Source: Leptolyngbyaceae cyanobacterium M65_K2018_010
GTDB lineage: Bacteria > Cyanobacteriota > Cyanobacteriia > Phormidesmidales > Phormidesmidaceae
NCBI GenBank assembly: GCA_015295885.1
Contig: DVEE01000345.1
Span: 1-40,125, forward strand
Length of the DNA stretch: 40,125 bases
Direction of reading: 5' to 3'
Shown here: piece by piece, positions 10,302 to 20,387 of the stretch
Layout: each line of letters opens with the position of its first letter
Position numbering within the stretch: position 1 is the first letter of the stretch
Notes under the pieces: model-generated
The model's database searches: none
Told to the model about the DNA's origin: nothing
What the model saw: the letters and a program-made list of their open reading frames with translations, nothing else
Translations under genes and position numbers: made by a program

Positions 10302-10339
10302 AGCCCCCTCCAGGGAGGAATCCAAACTACTCACAACGC

Positions 10340-10391
10340 TGGTCACAGGACTTGAGGAACTGACGTCAATCACAATGGTTACAGGACTTGA
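10340..10391. repeat. Imperfect 16-bp direct repeat TGGTYACAGGACTTGA (period 36) upstream of fabZ
   Basis: TGGTCACAGGACTTGA at 10340-10355 and TGGTTACAGGACTTGA at 10376-10391. Confidence 0.75.
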
Positions 10392-10470
10392 TATGGCTCA
10401 GGAAGATTCAGCCCGAACCAGGACTAAAGGGCTTAACCCTAGCCCCGGTTTGATCGGCTTGATTGTGTCA

Positions 10471-11379
10471 CTATACCGCCCCTGGGGGACGTTGGAGGTA
10501 GGGCTGCAAGGCTTTGGCCAGTTCCACATGCAGATGATGACTGGCTTTGTAGGCCACCAGGTGAGCCCGAGGCAGCCCCCCTAACAAACTGAGATCCCCG
10601 ATTAAGTCCAGCAATTTGTGGCGCACGGGCTCGTTGTCAAACCGTAGGGGCGGATTGAGCCAGCCTTCATGACTACACACCAGGGCATTGTCGAGGCTGC
10701 CTCCTTTGATTAACCCCTGCCTTTGCAGATACTCAACCTGATGGGCCAAACCAAAGGTGCGGGCAGGAGCCACTTGGTTGACAAACCCTTCAGGATCGTA
10801 GGGATCAGGGGTCGGGACCCAGCTAAACCACTGGTTGCCAATGGCGGCTACTTCAAAATCAATCCCGTAGGTCAGTCGGGTAGCCGCGGCAGGAAAGGCC
10901 GCCACCCAGGCGTCACCCTCCTGGACGGTGATGGCCTGGCCAAGGGTTAAGGGCGATCTCGGTTGATGCTGGCCAATCCTTCCAGCCGCCTGAATAGCCT
11001 CCACCCAGCCCAGGGCCGAACCATCCAACAGCGGCACCTCTGGGCCATTAATCTCAATCCGCACGTTATCAACCCCCAAACCGACCAGGGCAGCTAGGAG
11101 GTGTTCTACGGTCCGCACCGTGGCGTTGCCCCGACGCAGTTCCGTAGACAGCACCGTTTGATCGACCAACTCTAAATCAGCTGCGATAGTCGGCTGGTCA
11201 GGCAAATCGGTACGGACAAAGTACCGTCCTGCCCCCGCCTCAGCGGCGCAGAGCTTCACGGTAACCCACTCTCCCCCATGGAGCCCTACTCCCTGGCGCA
11301 GAACAGCCTTGGCTAGAGTTTTTTGCCCTTGGGGGGGCTCATCGAGCTCAGTGGGTAAAAATACATGCGCTTGGGTCAT
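10471..11379 (-). CDS. lpxC: UDP-3-O-acyl-N-acetylglucosamine deacetylase
   Basis: [55 protein letters not shown]; start overlaps the bamA stop (TAATG). Confidence 0.97.
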   Translation of the reverse strand: MTQAHVFLPTELDEPPQGQKTLAKAVLRQGVGLHGGEWVTVKLCAAEAGAGRYFVRTDLPDQPTIAADLELVDQTVLSTELRRGNATVRTVEHLLAALVGLGVDNVRIEINGPEVPLLDGSALGWVEAIQAAGRIGQHQPRSPLTLGQAITVQEGDAWVAAFPAAATRLTYGIDFEVAAIGNQWFSWVPTPDPYDPEGFVNQVAPARTFGLAHQVEYLQRQGLIKGGSLDNALVCSHEGWLNPPLRFDNEPVRHKLLDLIGDLSLLGGLPRAHLVAYKASHHLHVELAKALQPYLQRPPGAV

Positions 11380-13811
11380 TAGAACCGCTCCCCAATGCCA
11401 AAGTAGAGGAATCCAGTCCCTTGATTGCCGATACCGTAGTCGATCCGTAGCGGCCCCAGGGGCGTTTGCACCCGGGCCCCAATTCCGTAACCAAAGCCAC
11501 TATCTGGTTTTCCTCGGGTTGGCCCGGGTGCCCCAGGCACGGCAAACTGGCTGCCCAGGGCCGAACCGGCATCGAAGAATAGCACCGCCCCCAGGAAGGA
11601 GAACAGGGGAAAGCGATACTCTGCACTGAATTGGCCGTAGCTGCGTCCACTGCCAACCCCGCCTTCATCCCAGCCGCGAATCGAGTTACTGCCGCCGAGG
11701 GCAAAGGCGTCGTAGGGGGGAATTTCTCCTAGGGTGGTGCCTAACTGGAAGTTAAACGCCAAGGTCTGGGGGCCATCATTGAAGGTGATTAGGCTGACCG
11801 GAATGAAATAACTGTAGGTACCCCGCAGGCGAGTAAAGAGAATGCTGCCGCGGCCAACGGGCAGCGATTGGTCGATATTGAACCGCATCAGACTGCCCCT
11901 AGTGGGGGTAAGCGGACTGTCACGCCGATCTAGAGTAGCGCTGAAGGGAAAGGTCCACAGGTCGTCGATACCCGTGGGGCTAACGGTAATCGGGTTCCCT
12001 TCGGCATCAAAGGGAGAAACCACTCCATCCGCATTCCGAGAGGAGGCATTCTGCAGCAGGGTGCCGATGGACAGCACCCAGCCACTGGGATAGGGGCGGG
12101 TGAAGGAAATACCAGCCCCAAACCGCCGAATCCGAACCCGGTCGCCATCGGGCAGGTTCACCGTGATCGGCCCGCCCTCAAAGTTCAAGTTAAAGGCCGC
12201 ACTAGCAAAGGTATTGGCCGTATAGGAGGTGCGGTAGGGGTCGCCGGCAATCCAGGGATCGGTAAAGCTGACATCAAATAAGATGTCTCGAGTACTGAGT
12301 TGAGCTTCAGCGGTAAATTTTTGGTTATTACCACCAAAGTTATCCTGCCGGTAACTGACGGTGCCAAAGAAATCACCGGTAAAGTTAAAGCCCACCCCGG
12401 CTGCTAGGGAACCCGTGCTTCGCTCGGTCACATTCACAACCAGTACCACTTCCCGAGGGTCTTCGACACCGGGTTCTAGGCCGGGCGTCAGATCCTCAAA
12501 AATCCCCAGCCCAAAGGCCCGCTGAAAATCCTGTTCAATTTGGGCCTGATTAAACACATCCCCCGGTTGGGTGGTAAATTCCCGGGTAATAATATAGTCG
12601 TGGGTTCGTCCGCGCAGGGGATTACCCTCCGCATCCACCGACTCGCCCTGGTCGTTAAAGAATCTTATTTTAATACTCTCGATCACCCCCTCCGCCACTT
12701 CCAGGGTGACCACCCCCTGCTCGGACACCCGCGGTGCGGCAATCACCTGGGCCAGAACGTAGCCGTTATCCTGATACCACTGGTTCAGTTCCAGAATGCT
12801 GTCCTGGAAATCGAGCAAGTTAATGATTTGACCGACTTGATCGGCAAAAATTTCCTCGGCTACGGCATCCGGCAGCACCTCATTGCCCACAATATCTACC
12901 CCGGTTAGCACCGGGTTAGGTTGCACCACAAAGGTGACCTGCACCCCCAAATCCGTATCCTGCGGGACGGCATCCACATCGGCAAAGTAGCCCGTGGCAA
13001 AGATATTGTTAATGTCCTGCTGCAACTGGGTGCGCGTGGTGGTGCGTCCGGCTCGGGTTTGGATTGTGCCATAGACCAAATCCACCAGAAAAGCATCTAA
13101 CTCGCCTTCGGGGGCAACCACCTGAACCTCGGCTACCAGCACCCTAGGTTCAGGCTCAGGTTCGGCGGTGGTGGCAGGGGGCTCGGCCGCAGGCTCGGTT
13201 TCCGTGGGTGCGGGGGGCGGCGTGGGCTCGGTTGGAGCCCCCTGGGGCTGGCTACGACGTTCTACGGCCCGATCGATGATTTCCTGGGCTTCCTCAGGGG
13301 TAATTTCCCGTACATTGCTGCCACCCCCGGTCGTCGGTGGCCTGGAATCACTCGGTTGGGTGGGGCTGGGATCACTGGGCGTCTGGCTGAGATGAGCCTC
13401 AGACAATCCTGGGGTCGGTAAAGGCAGAGGGGTACCTGGGAGATCATCGGCCGTTGGGTTGGCGGCAGCCGCCTCCAGTCCCGGTTCCGGGCGAAACTGG
13501 TTAATCACCGTCTGCAGGTCTGCTTTGACGGCTTGGGAGTAGGCATTTAGGCGAGCGCGGGGCAGGTCAAGCTCTAGGCTAGACGCCCCCTCGGAGGCCG
13601 TAGTCGCACCGGCCGGGGCTAAACCGGAGGCCGCGGGTGTAGTCAGGAGGTTGGCCTCAGCCCCCAGGCCAGTCCCTAGCTCTTGGAGCAGATTGGGCAC
13701 CGACGAGCCAGGTGACTGCTCTGCGGCGGGGTTGGCTTGAGCCTGGGGAGCCAGTAACCCGACTAGCCCGGAGGCTGTCAGAATTGCTAAAACCTGAGGA
13801 GATACCCGCAT
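11379..13811 (-). CDS. bamA: BamA/Omp85 outer membrane protein assembly factor (cyanobacterial type)
   Basis: Signal peptide from ATG 13811 ([11 protein letters not shown]...AQA), Pro-rich region, POTRA domains, [22 protein letters not shown]-terminal FGIGERF. Confidence 0.93.
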   Translation of the reverse strand: MRVSPQVLAILTASGLVGLLAPQAQANPAAEQSPGSSVPNLLQELGTGLGAEANLLTTPAASGLAPAGATTASEGASSLELDLPRARLNAYSQAVKADLQTVINQFRPEPGLEAAAANPTADDLPGTPLPLPTPGLSEAHLSQTPSDPSPTQPSDSRPPTTGGGSNVREITPEEAQEIIDRAVERRSQPQGAPTEPTPPPAPTETEPAAEPPATTAEPEPEPRVLVAEVQVVAPEGELDAFLVDLVYGTIQTRAGRTTTRTQLQQDINNIFATGYFADVDAVPQDTDLGVQVTFVVQPNPVLTGVDIVGNEVLPDAVAEEIFADQVGQIINLLDFQDSILELNQWYQDNGYVLAQVIAAPRVSEQGVVTLEVAEGVIESIKIRFFNDQGESVDAEGNPLRGRTHDYIITREFTTQPGDVFNQAQIEQDFQRAFGLGIFEDLTPGLEPGVEDPREVVLVVNVTERSTGSLAAGVGFNFTGDFFGTVSYRQDNFGGNNQKFTAEAQLSTRDILFDVSFTDPWIAGDPYRTSYTANTFASAAFNLNFEGGPITVNLPDGDRVRIRRFGAGISFTRPYPSGWVLSIGTLLQNASSRNADGVVSPFDAEGNPITVSPTGIDDLWTFPFSATLDRRDSPLTPTRGSLMRFNIDQSLPVGRGSILFTRLRGTYSYFIPVSLITFNDGPQTLAFNFQLGTTLGEIPPYDAFALGGSNSIRGWDEGGVGSGRSYGQFSAEYRFPLFSFLGAVLFFDAGSALGSQFAVPGAPGPTRGKPDSGFGYGIGARVQTPLGPLRIDYGIGNQGTGFLYFGIGERF

Positions 13812-13932
13812 CCAAACGCACCTGTAAGAAACATCCACACACCAACAAAAACTCACCCCAAGGAGATGAGCCCTATACCGCCTGGGCAACCAGGCGCCTG
13901 ATAATCGGACAAATTCTACCGCATCGATGGCA

Positions 13933-14664
13933 TTAAAACTTGGCCGATTGGGCCGCAACTCGCTCTAGCACTCGTTGATAGGCCTGTTCAATGTGACCCA
14001 AATCCTGGCGGAAGCGGTCCTTATCCATCACCCGTTGGGTTTCGTCGTCGGTGGACTGATCCCAGAGGCGACAGGTGTCCGGGCTAATTTCATCGGCCAG
14101 CAAAATCTGCCCGGCCCGGTCTAGGCCAAACTCTAGCTTGAAATCGACCAGGGTAATGGCACAACTGGCAAAGAATGGCACCAGAATTTGGTTAATGTGG
14201 AGAGCTTGACGACGCAGGGTATCCATCTGTTCCGGGCTGGCCAGGTTCATAACCCGCACTCGATCGGGGGTGAGTAGGGGATCCCCTAGATCGTCGTTTT
14301 TGTAGTAGAACTCCACCAGAGGAGGAGCCAGGATGTGCCCCAGGGGTAAGCCCGTTTGGCGACACAGGCTGCCCGCGGCCCGATTGCGTACCACCACCTC
14401 CAGGGGGAGAATAGTCAACGCTTTAACCCTCATCTCGCGATCGCTGGGGGTCGCGAGCCAGTGAGTGGCCACCCCCTGGGCTTCGAGCAGCTGGAACAAA
14501 TGGGTGGAAATGGCGCAGTTAATTTTGCCCTTATCTAGAATCTGGCCACGCTTTTGAGCATTGAAGGCGGTGGCGTCGTCTTTAAAGTAGGTGAGCAGCA
14601 CATCAGGATCTTCCGTGGCGTAGATAATCTTGGCCTTGCCTTCATAGAGTTTTTCGCCGGGCAT
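13933..14664 (-). CDS. purC: SAICAR synthetase
   Basis: LYEGKAK, FKDDATAFN, PLEVVVRNRAAGS, LVDFKLEFG, LADEISPDTCRLWD, DKDRFRQDLG. Confidence 0.98.
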   Translation of the reverse strand: MPGEKLYEGKAKIIYATEDPDVLLTYFKDDATAFNAQKRGQILDKGKINCAISTHLFQLLEAQGVATHWLATPSDREMRVKALTILPLEVVVRNRAAGSLCRQTGLPLGHILAPPLVEFYYKNDDLGDPLLTPDRVRVMNLASPEQMDTLRRQALHINQILVPFFASCAITLVDFKLEFGLDRAGQILLADEISPDTCRLWDQSTDDETQRVMDKDRFRQDLGHIEQAYQRVLERVAAQSAKF

Positions 14665-14809
14665 AGTTAGGAGGGGGGAGAGGGGCCTACCTATATTAGC
14701 TGACCCGGCAGCGTCTAGCCGGCGCTGCTAGGGGCCACCGGCCTGGCCCTAGAAGGCCCGAAGGCCAAGGGTTCTGAGCTTGGGGTCAGGGAAGCCTATG
14801 AACCTGCGG

Positions 14810-17800
14810 TCAGGACCCAAACACCTTTTGCAAAATTCCAGCCGCTTGCCGTTTGCCCAACACCAGTTGATGTAACAGTTGAAATTGCCATTCGGGCATC
14901 ATCGTACCGGCTGCCGCCGCCCTGTGATGGAGCTGATGCACCTGGGCCAGCGCCGCCGCTGCTTCATTAGCTCCCACCATCCAGGTGGCGATCGGGTGGT
15001 CCCACCCCTGCAGAAATTCATCGAGTAGCACCCGGTGGGTGTCGTTCACCCAGGCGTCGGTAACCGCCCAATCCTCTGCTGTGATCGTTTGGTGAAGCCC
15101 CCGACGAGGCTTGGTAGTGGCCTGTAAGGCCTTTTCGGAAATAGCTTTCCAGGATTCTGCCAGCAGAGCTGGCAACGCCCCAAGGCTGGGTTGCTGGCAT
15201 AGGGTCGTCGCCAGAGCCGCCATTTCCCCATCGCCGGTTTGCTGACCGTACTCCCGCAGCCCCACCAGGAGAGGGTCTAGAATTTCCCGTTCTAGGGCCT
15301 TGCCCAAGGCCAGGGCCGCCGCGGAAAAATCCTCTGGATGGGGCTGGGCCTTAATCAGGGTTTGCTGATAGAGGGCATGGCAGAGATCCTGCTGGCTGGG
15401 GCCGGCCAGGCAAAACCAAACCTGGTCTCCCAGGGCGGTGCGCACCTGCTGGCGTATGGCTTGGGAATCAACCAGGCCCTCCCGGCGATCAACCGGAGGG
15501 GCTTCGCGGCTGGGGGGAGGGTTAGGGGAGGCGAGAGGCGACTCCTGGACGGGGGCAGGGGTTGGTTCTGTTGCTAGGGCAGCAGGCCAGGGCTGGGCTG
15601 ACGACTGGGAGGAGGCTGCACCTGGGCTGGCCTGGATCTGGTTGAGCTGGTCGGTCAGGTTTTGAATTTGGCGGGCTTGATCCACCAATTGGGCCTCTTT
15701 CTCCCGTAAAAGCTGATGTAGCCGTTGAATTTCTAGGGCCTGGCCACTGGCCTGGATCAGGTTGGCATAGAAGGTTTCCGAAATGTCAACGGAGCGAGGG
15801 GCTTGGCCAGGGAGTTCTAGGGATCCTTGTCGATCGCCCAAATGGACCCTTAACACCTGGCCTTCGGGATTGCTGATAGTCAACTCCTTGGGGTTTTGGG
15901 TATGGCTGGGGCTGACCCAATAACGCCGTTGGCTATAGCTGAATTCCACCCCTGGGTGGGAATCCGCAGTCAGGCCCGATCTAGCTGCGGTGCTATCCAC
16001 CCCTGGGGTAGGCAACTCCGGCAGAGTTGGCCCTGGCAGGGGGCCGGGGGACTGCCGCTGAGGCCGTGGTTCAGGAGAGCCGGATGGAGGGGAAGCAATC
16101 CGACCAGTTGGCACCAAGGGCCGCGGTGGGTCAGTCCCTTGGGTGACTGAATTCCCGACCGCTGGTGTCCCCTCCCCTGCGCCAGCTCGCACCCCTACCA
16201 GCTCTAGCTCCACTGTGGATAGCCCCTGCCACTCGTTTTGCTTGAGTTTGTAGGCAATATCCACTTGTTCGGGCAGGGGATAGTATTCGCCCCAGCGCCA
16301 GGCGATCGCTTTGATTTTAGACCTGCCCTCCCTGTCGCCCAGCACCAGTTTCAGGTGCTCTTGGTTACGCCCCACCACCTGCTGCTCAATCACTCGCACC
16401 TGGGGCGTCCAAAACACTGGATCGGGGTTTTCGATGCCGCAGGGATGTAGCTGGTCAATCTGGTCGTAGAGAGCTTGGGTGATGTCCCCCAGGGCCGCCT
16501 GAGCATCCACGGCAATCAGAGGTTTGAGCAGTTCTGGGGAAAGCCGCTGATGGGCATAGCGGACCAGGCGCGACTGCACCTGCCGCAGGTGCTTCGTTAA
16601 AAAGGAAAATCCCCCCGCCGCCCGGTGGCCGCCAAGTTTCTCCATCAGGTCGCTACAGCTCTGGAGCGCTTCAAAGACATCAAACTCCGGAATGCCCCGG
16701 GCGGAGCCACGGATGACCTTGCCCTCTTCATCTTCGTAGGTACCAATGAACACGGGCACGCCGTAACGTTCCACTAGGCGAGACGCGACAATGCCAATCA
16801 CCCCGTGGTGCCAGTTGGGCTGGACCAGCAACAGCACCCGATCCTGTTCCCAATCCAGGCTGCCCGCCTGCTGCTGGCGTTCGCACCAGGCCACCGCCTC
16901 CTGTTCAATCTGCTGGCAAAGATCCTGGCGAGCGGCATTAATTTGTTCGCACTGCATGGCCCGTTCCAGGGCCGTCCCGACATCGTCGGTGGTGAGCAGG
17001 TCAATGACGATTTGAGGGTCGCTGATCCGCCCCACGGCATTGATCCGGGGCCCTAGGCGAAAGCCGATATGCTCTGGCTTCAGGGGTTTGCTCTGATCGG
17101 CCAAACCGGCCACCTGAATCAGGGCCTGAATGCCCAGAATGCGAGACCGCGGCAATAATCCCAGCCCCCGCCGCACCCAGCGACGATTGACCCCCGTCAA
17201 GGGAGCTAGATCCGCAATGGTCCCGAGGGTAAACAGCTCGAGCAGGGGAGCGGTTAAATCCTGGGTTTGATCCAGGGCTTGGGCCAAACACACGGCCAGA
17301 ATGTAAGCTACCCCCACCCCAGCCACGCCCCGATAGGGAGACTGCTCTGGTAATAGCTTGGGATTCAAAATAGCGTTGGCCGGGGGTAATTCGGGGGGAA
17401 TATCGTGGTGATCGGTCACGACCACGGCCAGCCCCAGTTCCCGCGCCCGCTGAATTGGAGCACAGGCTGCAATGCCATTGTCGACGGTGAGAATCAGACT
17501 CACTCCATTGGCGTAGCAGTCTTCCACAATGCGCTGGTTTAACCCGTAGCCTTCGGTCATGCGGCTAGGAATGATGTAGTTGACCTGCCCCCCCAAATGG
17601 CGTAGCGCCCTCAGCAGCAGGGCCGTACTGGTCATGCCATCCGCATCGTAGTCGCCACAGATGGCGATCGCCTGTTGGGTGGCAATGGCTTCCACCAGCA
17701 ACTCTAGGCTGACGGCCAAATCGGGAAACTCAATTAAAGGCGAAGGCAGTTGTAACCGTTCGGGGTTGAGGAAATCCGTAGCCTGCTCAGGGGTGACAAG

Positions 17801-17962
17801 GCCACGCTGCACCAAAACCTGGGCCAACAGCGGGGGTAGGCCCGTGGCTTGGGCTAAATCTTCAACCAGGGCCGGGGCTACCGTCGGCAAATGCCATCGC
17901 TGCCGGGGCAAGCGTGGAGGGGATGGGGCTGGCCTAGGGGCAGGACGCAGGGACTCGGGCAC
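14810..17962 (-). CDS. recJ: Single-stranded DNA exonuclease RecJ with ~450-aa C-terminal extension
   Basis: GDYDADGMTS, TVDNG, TDHH, GTIADLAPL, GPRINAVGR, GVIGIVASRL, GSARG, GGHRAAGG, OB fold; then Pro-rich linkers and additional domains. Confidence 0.95.
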   Translation of the reverse strand: MPESLRPAPRPAPSPPRLPRQRWHLPTVAPALVEDLAQATGLPPLLAQVLVQRGLVTPEQATDFLNPERLQLPSPLIEFPDLAVSLELLVEAIATQQAIAICGDYDADGMTSTALLLRALRHLGGQVNYIIPSRMTEGYGLNQRIVEDCYANGVSLILTVDNGIAACAPIQRARELGLAVVVTDHHDIPPELPPANAILNPKLLPEQSPYRGVAGVGVAYILAVCLAQALDQTQDLTAPLLELFTLGTIADLAPLTGVNRRWVRRGLGLLPRSRILGIQALIQVAGLADQSKPLKPEHIGFRLGPRINAVGRISDPQIVIDLLTTDDVGTALERAMQCEQINAARQDLCQQIEQEAVAWCERQQQAGSLDWEQDRVLLLVQPNWHHGVIGIVASRLVERYGVPVFIGTYEDEEGKVIRGSARGIPEFDVFEALQSCSDLMEKLGGHRAAGGFSFLTKHLRQVQSRLVRYAHQRLSPELLKPLIAVDAQAALGDITQALYDQIDQLHPCGIENPDPVFWTPQVRVIEQQVVGRNQEHLKLVLGDREGRSKIKAIAWRWGEYYPLPEQVDIAYKLKQNEWQGLSTVELELVGVRAGAGEGTPAVGNSVTQGTDPPRPLVPTGRIASPPSGSPEPRPQRQSPGPLPGPTLPELPTPGVDSTAARSGLTADSHPGVEFSYSQRRYWVSPSHTQNPKELTISNPEGQVLRVHLGDRQGSLELPGQAPRSVDISETFYANLIQASGQALEIQRLHQLLREKEAQLVDQARQIQNLTDQLNQIQASPGAASSQSSAQPWPAALATEPTPAPVQESPLASPNPPPSREAPPVDRREGLVDSQAIRQQVRTALGDQVWFCLAGPSQQDLCHALYQQTLIKAQPHPEDFSAAALALGKALEREILDPLLVGLREYGQQTGDGEMAALATTLCQQPSLGALPALLAESWKAISEKALQATTKPRRGLHQTITAEDWAVTDAWVNDTHRVLLDEFLQGWDHPIATWMVGANEAAAALAQVHQLHHRAAAAGTMMPEWQFQLLHQLVLGKRQAAGILQKVFGS

Positions 17963-17988
17963 GGTGTTGGCTGTCAGGTCTATAAGCT

Positions 17989-18009
17989 AGAACGCATGAA
18001 CTAATGATA
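17989..18009 (-). promoter_or_regulatory. Putative recJ -10 element (TATCAT) followed by a near-consensus LexA box
   Basis: Minus strand reads TATCAT-T-AGTTC-ATGC-GTTCT, ending 27 bp before the GTG start. Confidence 0.5.
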
Positions 18010-18069
18010 CCTAAGTTTACCCCTGTTGGGTCAGGGGATTACCCGGCCTGTTATACCCTAAGACGTCGC

Positions 18070-19179
18070 CTAGGCCCAAACCAGACTGGCCTGATTATCT
18101 AAGCACTGGGGTTGGCCCTGCTCATCCAGGGCGTTGAAGCACTCTAGACGCTGGCGTAGGTGGGGCGGCAGGTGGGAAAAGTCAAACTGAGGATCGCCGT
18201 CGGCAATGGTGGCCCAGAAGTGGTTCAGGGTGGGAGCTACGGCGGCGGCCTCGGTCTCGGACAAATTCAGGGGAGGGCTGATGAGAAATTTGGTCATGAA
18301 CCCACCGGCGCGATCGCACATCCACTGGTAAGAGAAGCCCTGCAAATCGGCCCAGTCCTGAACGGATTGCAGCCGATGGGATTGCACCTCTAGCCGCAGG
18401 GGTTGCCCCGGCCCGTACTCAACTTCCAGAATGCGGTAGGGGTGAGGGTAACTGACAATGGACCCAGTCAGCACCTCACAGAGGTTGCCCCGACGGGCAA
18501 TGTCCTGCACATGCAGATGCCCCGTCAACACCAGGGGCACCGCGGCAGCGGTGAGGCGGTCAATCAAAGCCTGGTGGTTATGAACCATATAGCGCTGCCC
18601 CAGGGGGCTTTGGGCCTGACCCGGCAGATGTTCCAGCAGGTTATGATGGAGCATGACCAGAACCAGATCATCTGTCAGGCGGGGCAGGGTGCGGTCTAAC
18701 CAGGCCAGTTGTTCCCCATCTACGTAGCCCACACCAATTTGACGCCCCGATGCATCAAAGGCGTTGGAGTTAAGCCCAATCAGATGGACGCCAGGGAGAA
18801 TTTCCTGGTGGTAGTAAAGGGTCTGGCCATCACCGTAGCCAAAGTCTTGGTACAGACGCGGAAAATCCATCAGGCCAATGGCGCGATCGCTGGCCTGGCG
18901 AGCAATCACATCATGGTTGCCAGGCACCACGTAGGCCGGAAAAGGCAATCGCTGCAGCCGCTGGATCAGCCACTGGTGGTTCACCCATTCGCCGTGCTGG
19001 GTGAGGTCACCGGGCAATAGCAAAAAGTCCAAATCCAGAGTTTCCAGGTGGGCCAAGATCTGCTCTAGGCCAGGAATACTAACTTCTACCAGATGGAAGC
19101 GATGGGGATGGTGGTAAATCGTCTCGGGCAGGGCGATGTGGGGGTCGCTGATGATGGCAAAGCGAAAACGCTGTCCCAT
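18070..19179 (-). CDS. Calcineurin-like metallophosphoesterase (CpdA/Icc-like)
   Basis: SDPH, PGDLT, PGNHD, LHHN, TGHLH metal-binding motifs. Confidence 0.9.
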   Translation of the reverse strand: MGQRFRFAIISDPHIALPETIYHHPHRFHLVEVSIPGLEQILAHLETLDLDFLLLPGDLTQHGEWVNHQWLIQRLQRLPFPAYVVPGNHDVIARQASDRAIGLMDFPRLYQDFGYGDGQTLYYHQEILPGVHLIGLNSNAFDASGRQIGVGYVDGEQLAWLDRTLPRLTDDLVLVMLHHNLLEHLPGQAQSPLGQRYMVHNHQALIDRLTAAAVPLVLTGHLHVQDIARRGNLCEVLTGSIVSYPHPYRILEVEYGPGQPLRLEVQSHRLQSVQDWADLQGFSYQWMCDRAGGFMTKFLISPPLNLSETEAAAVAPTLNHFWATIADGDPQFDFSHLPPHLRQRLECFNALDEQGQPQCLDNQASLVWA

Positions 19180-19262
19180 GGGGCTGCTGCAAGTGTGTGA
19201 TACCTCTGTTACCAGCCTAACCCCTCAGCCCCCGTTCACCAACCCCAGGCCATTGGGATTCC

Positions 19263-19685
19263 CTATGGGGCTAGGGGCACCGTTTCTATCAGCGGGCAGA
19301 TGTCTCCCGGTTGGGGATGGGGTTGGGCCTCGGCCCAGCGATCGCGATACTGCTCCAGTTCAGTTTTGAAGGCGATCATCTGCGCTATTTGGGCTTCAAG
19401 CTTTTGAATCTTGGCGTTTAGGCGCGCTTGCACCAGTTGGCAGGGCCAATCCCCCTGGCTATGAACGGTCAAAATTTCGCCCACATCGCCCAGGGAAAAA
19501 CCCAGGGTCTGCGCTTTTTTAATAAACTGCACCTGGTGAATGGCCTCTGGCCCATAGTATCGATAGCCATTTGCTCCCCGCTCCGATTGGAGCAGACCCA
19601 GACTTTCGTAGTAGCGCAAGGTTCCTACGGCCACACCAGTTTGTTTGGCGACCTCACCAATTCTTAGGGAGAGCGCAGCGATCAT
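19263..19685 (-). CDS. MerR-family heavy-metal-responsive transcriptional regulator
   Basis: LRIGEVAKQTGVAVGTLRYYESLGLL, GYRYY, FIKKAQTLGFSL, C-terminal ICPLIE. Confidence 0.92.
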   Translation of the reverse strand: MIAALSLRIGEVAKQTGVAVGTLRYYESLGLLQSERGANGYRYYGPEAIHQVQFIKKAQTLGFSLGDVGEILTVHSQGDWPCQLVQARLNAKIQKLEAQIAQMIAFKTELEQYRDRWAEAQPHPQPGDICPLIETVPLAP

Positions 19686-19724
19686 GATCCTAAACTCCAG
19701 ATCTCTAACCCTATGCTAGATCCT

Positions 19725-20198
19725 CTAAGTAGCCGTGCCTAATTCATTGTCCAGTTGCTTGAGGGTCTGCCAGCGACTCTCGAGTTCTTCTCGCTCCTGC
19801 TTCAGGTGGCGTTCAAGTTCCTGAATTTCATCCCGCCGGGCGGCAGTCTCCAGGGCCCGTCGATCCACCTCCTGACTTTTGAGGGTGAGCGATTGGCGCC
19901 ATCGCTCCGCTCGCTCAATTTCCTGTTCCAGGGCCTCAGGGGTAATCCCGTAGCTGAGGTACTGATCCACTAGGCTGAGCACCCAGGGGGTAGCATCTTC
20001 AATGGTGGTAATCTGATTCAGGTTATCCAACTCAACCAGCACCAGATTCCCCTCCTGAAAGGCCAACAGGCGGGTGGTTTCCACCATGCGCTCGGCCGAA
20101 AGTCGCTCCCAGGTAGCCTCGGAGGTGCGTACCGCCAACAGAGCCAGTTCCGCTCCGCCCAAAAATGCCTTTTTTTGCACCTTAGCCAGATATTGCAT
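19725..20198 (-). CDS. Conserved cyanobacterial coiled-coil protein resembling the HmpF N-terminal domain
   Basis: MQYLAKVQK...ELALLA...GNLVLVEL N-terminus and ERAERWRQSLTLKSQEVDRRALE coil resemble recalled HmpF motifs. Confidence 0.65.
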   Translation of the reverse strand: MQYLAKVQKKAFLGGAELALLAVRTSEATWERLSAERMVETTRLLAFQEGNLVLVELDNLNQITTIEDATPWVLSLVDQYLSYGITPEALEQEIERAERWRQSLTLKSQEVDRRALETAARRDEIQELERHLKQEREELESRWQTLKQLDNELGTAT

Positions 20199-20257
20199 CA
20201 GCGGTGAATGGTTTAACCTGCTATGGCTTGAGTATACCCACAGAGCCGACTCTCCTA

Positions 20258-20317
20258 GCGTATCGAATTTGGGCGTATCGAATTTGGGCGTATCGAATTT
20301 GGGCGTATCGAATTTGG
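20258..20317. repeat. Perfect tandem repeat, 4 x 15 bp (GCGTATCGAATTTGG)
   Basis: Four exact copies with no spacers, in a divergent intergenic region. Confidence 0.97.
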
Positions 20318-20387
20318 TAACACGGCCCCGTTGTTCCTAAAGCCATGGGTAAATGGAGGAACCAACCTAACTGAGGCTGATGAGGCG

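Noticed and set aside
13812-13958. 49-aa N-terminal extension of BamA in the ORF track
   Set aside because: It overlaps purC and precedes a clear signal peptide starting at 13811.
7726-14664. purC-bamA-lpxC-fabZ-lpxA-lpxB as a novel cluster
   Set aside because: This is a familiar conserved cyanobacterial gene order.
18070-19179. Metallophosphoesterase as the cAMP phosphodiesterase partner of the adenylate cyclase
   Set aside because: The genes are 15 kb apart with unrelated genes between, and substrate cannot be inferred from the motifs.
20258-20317. Possible mini-CRISPR array
   Set aside because: Units are 15 bp and contiguous, with no spacers and no cas genes.
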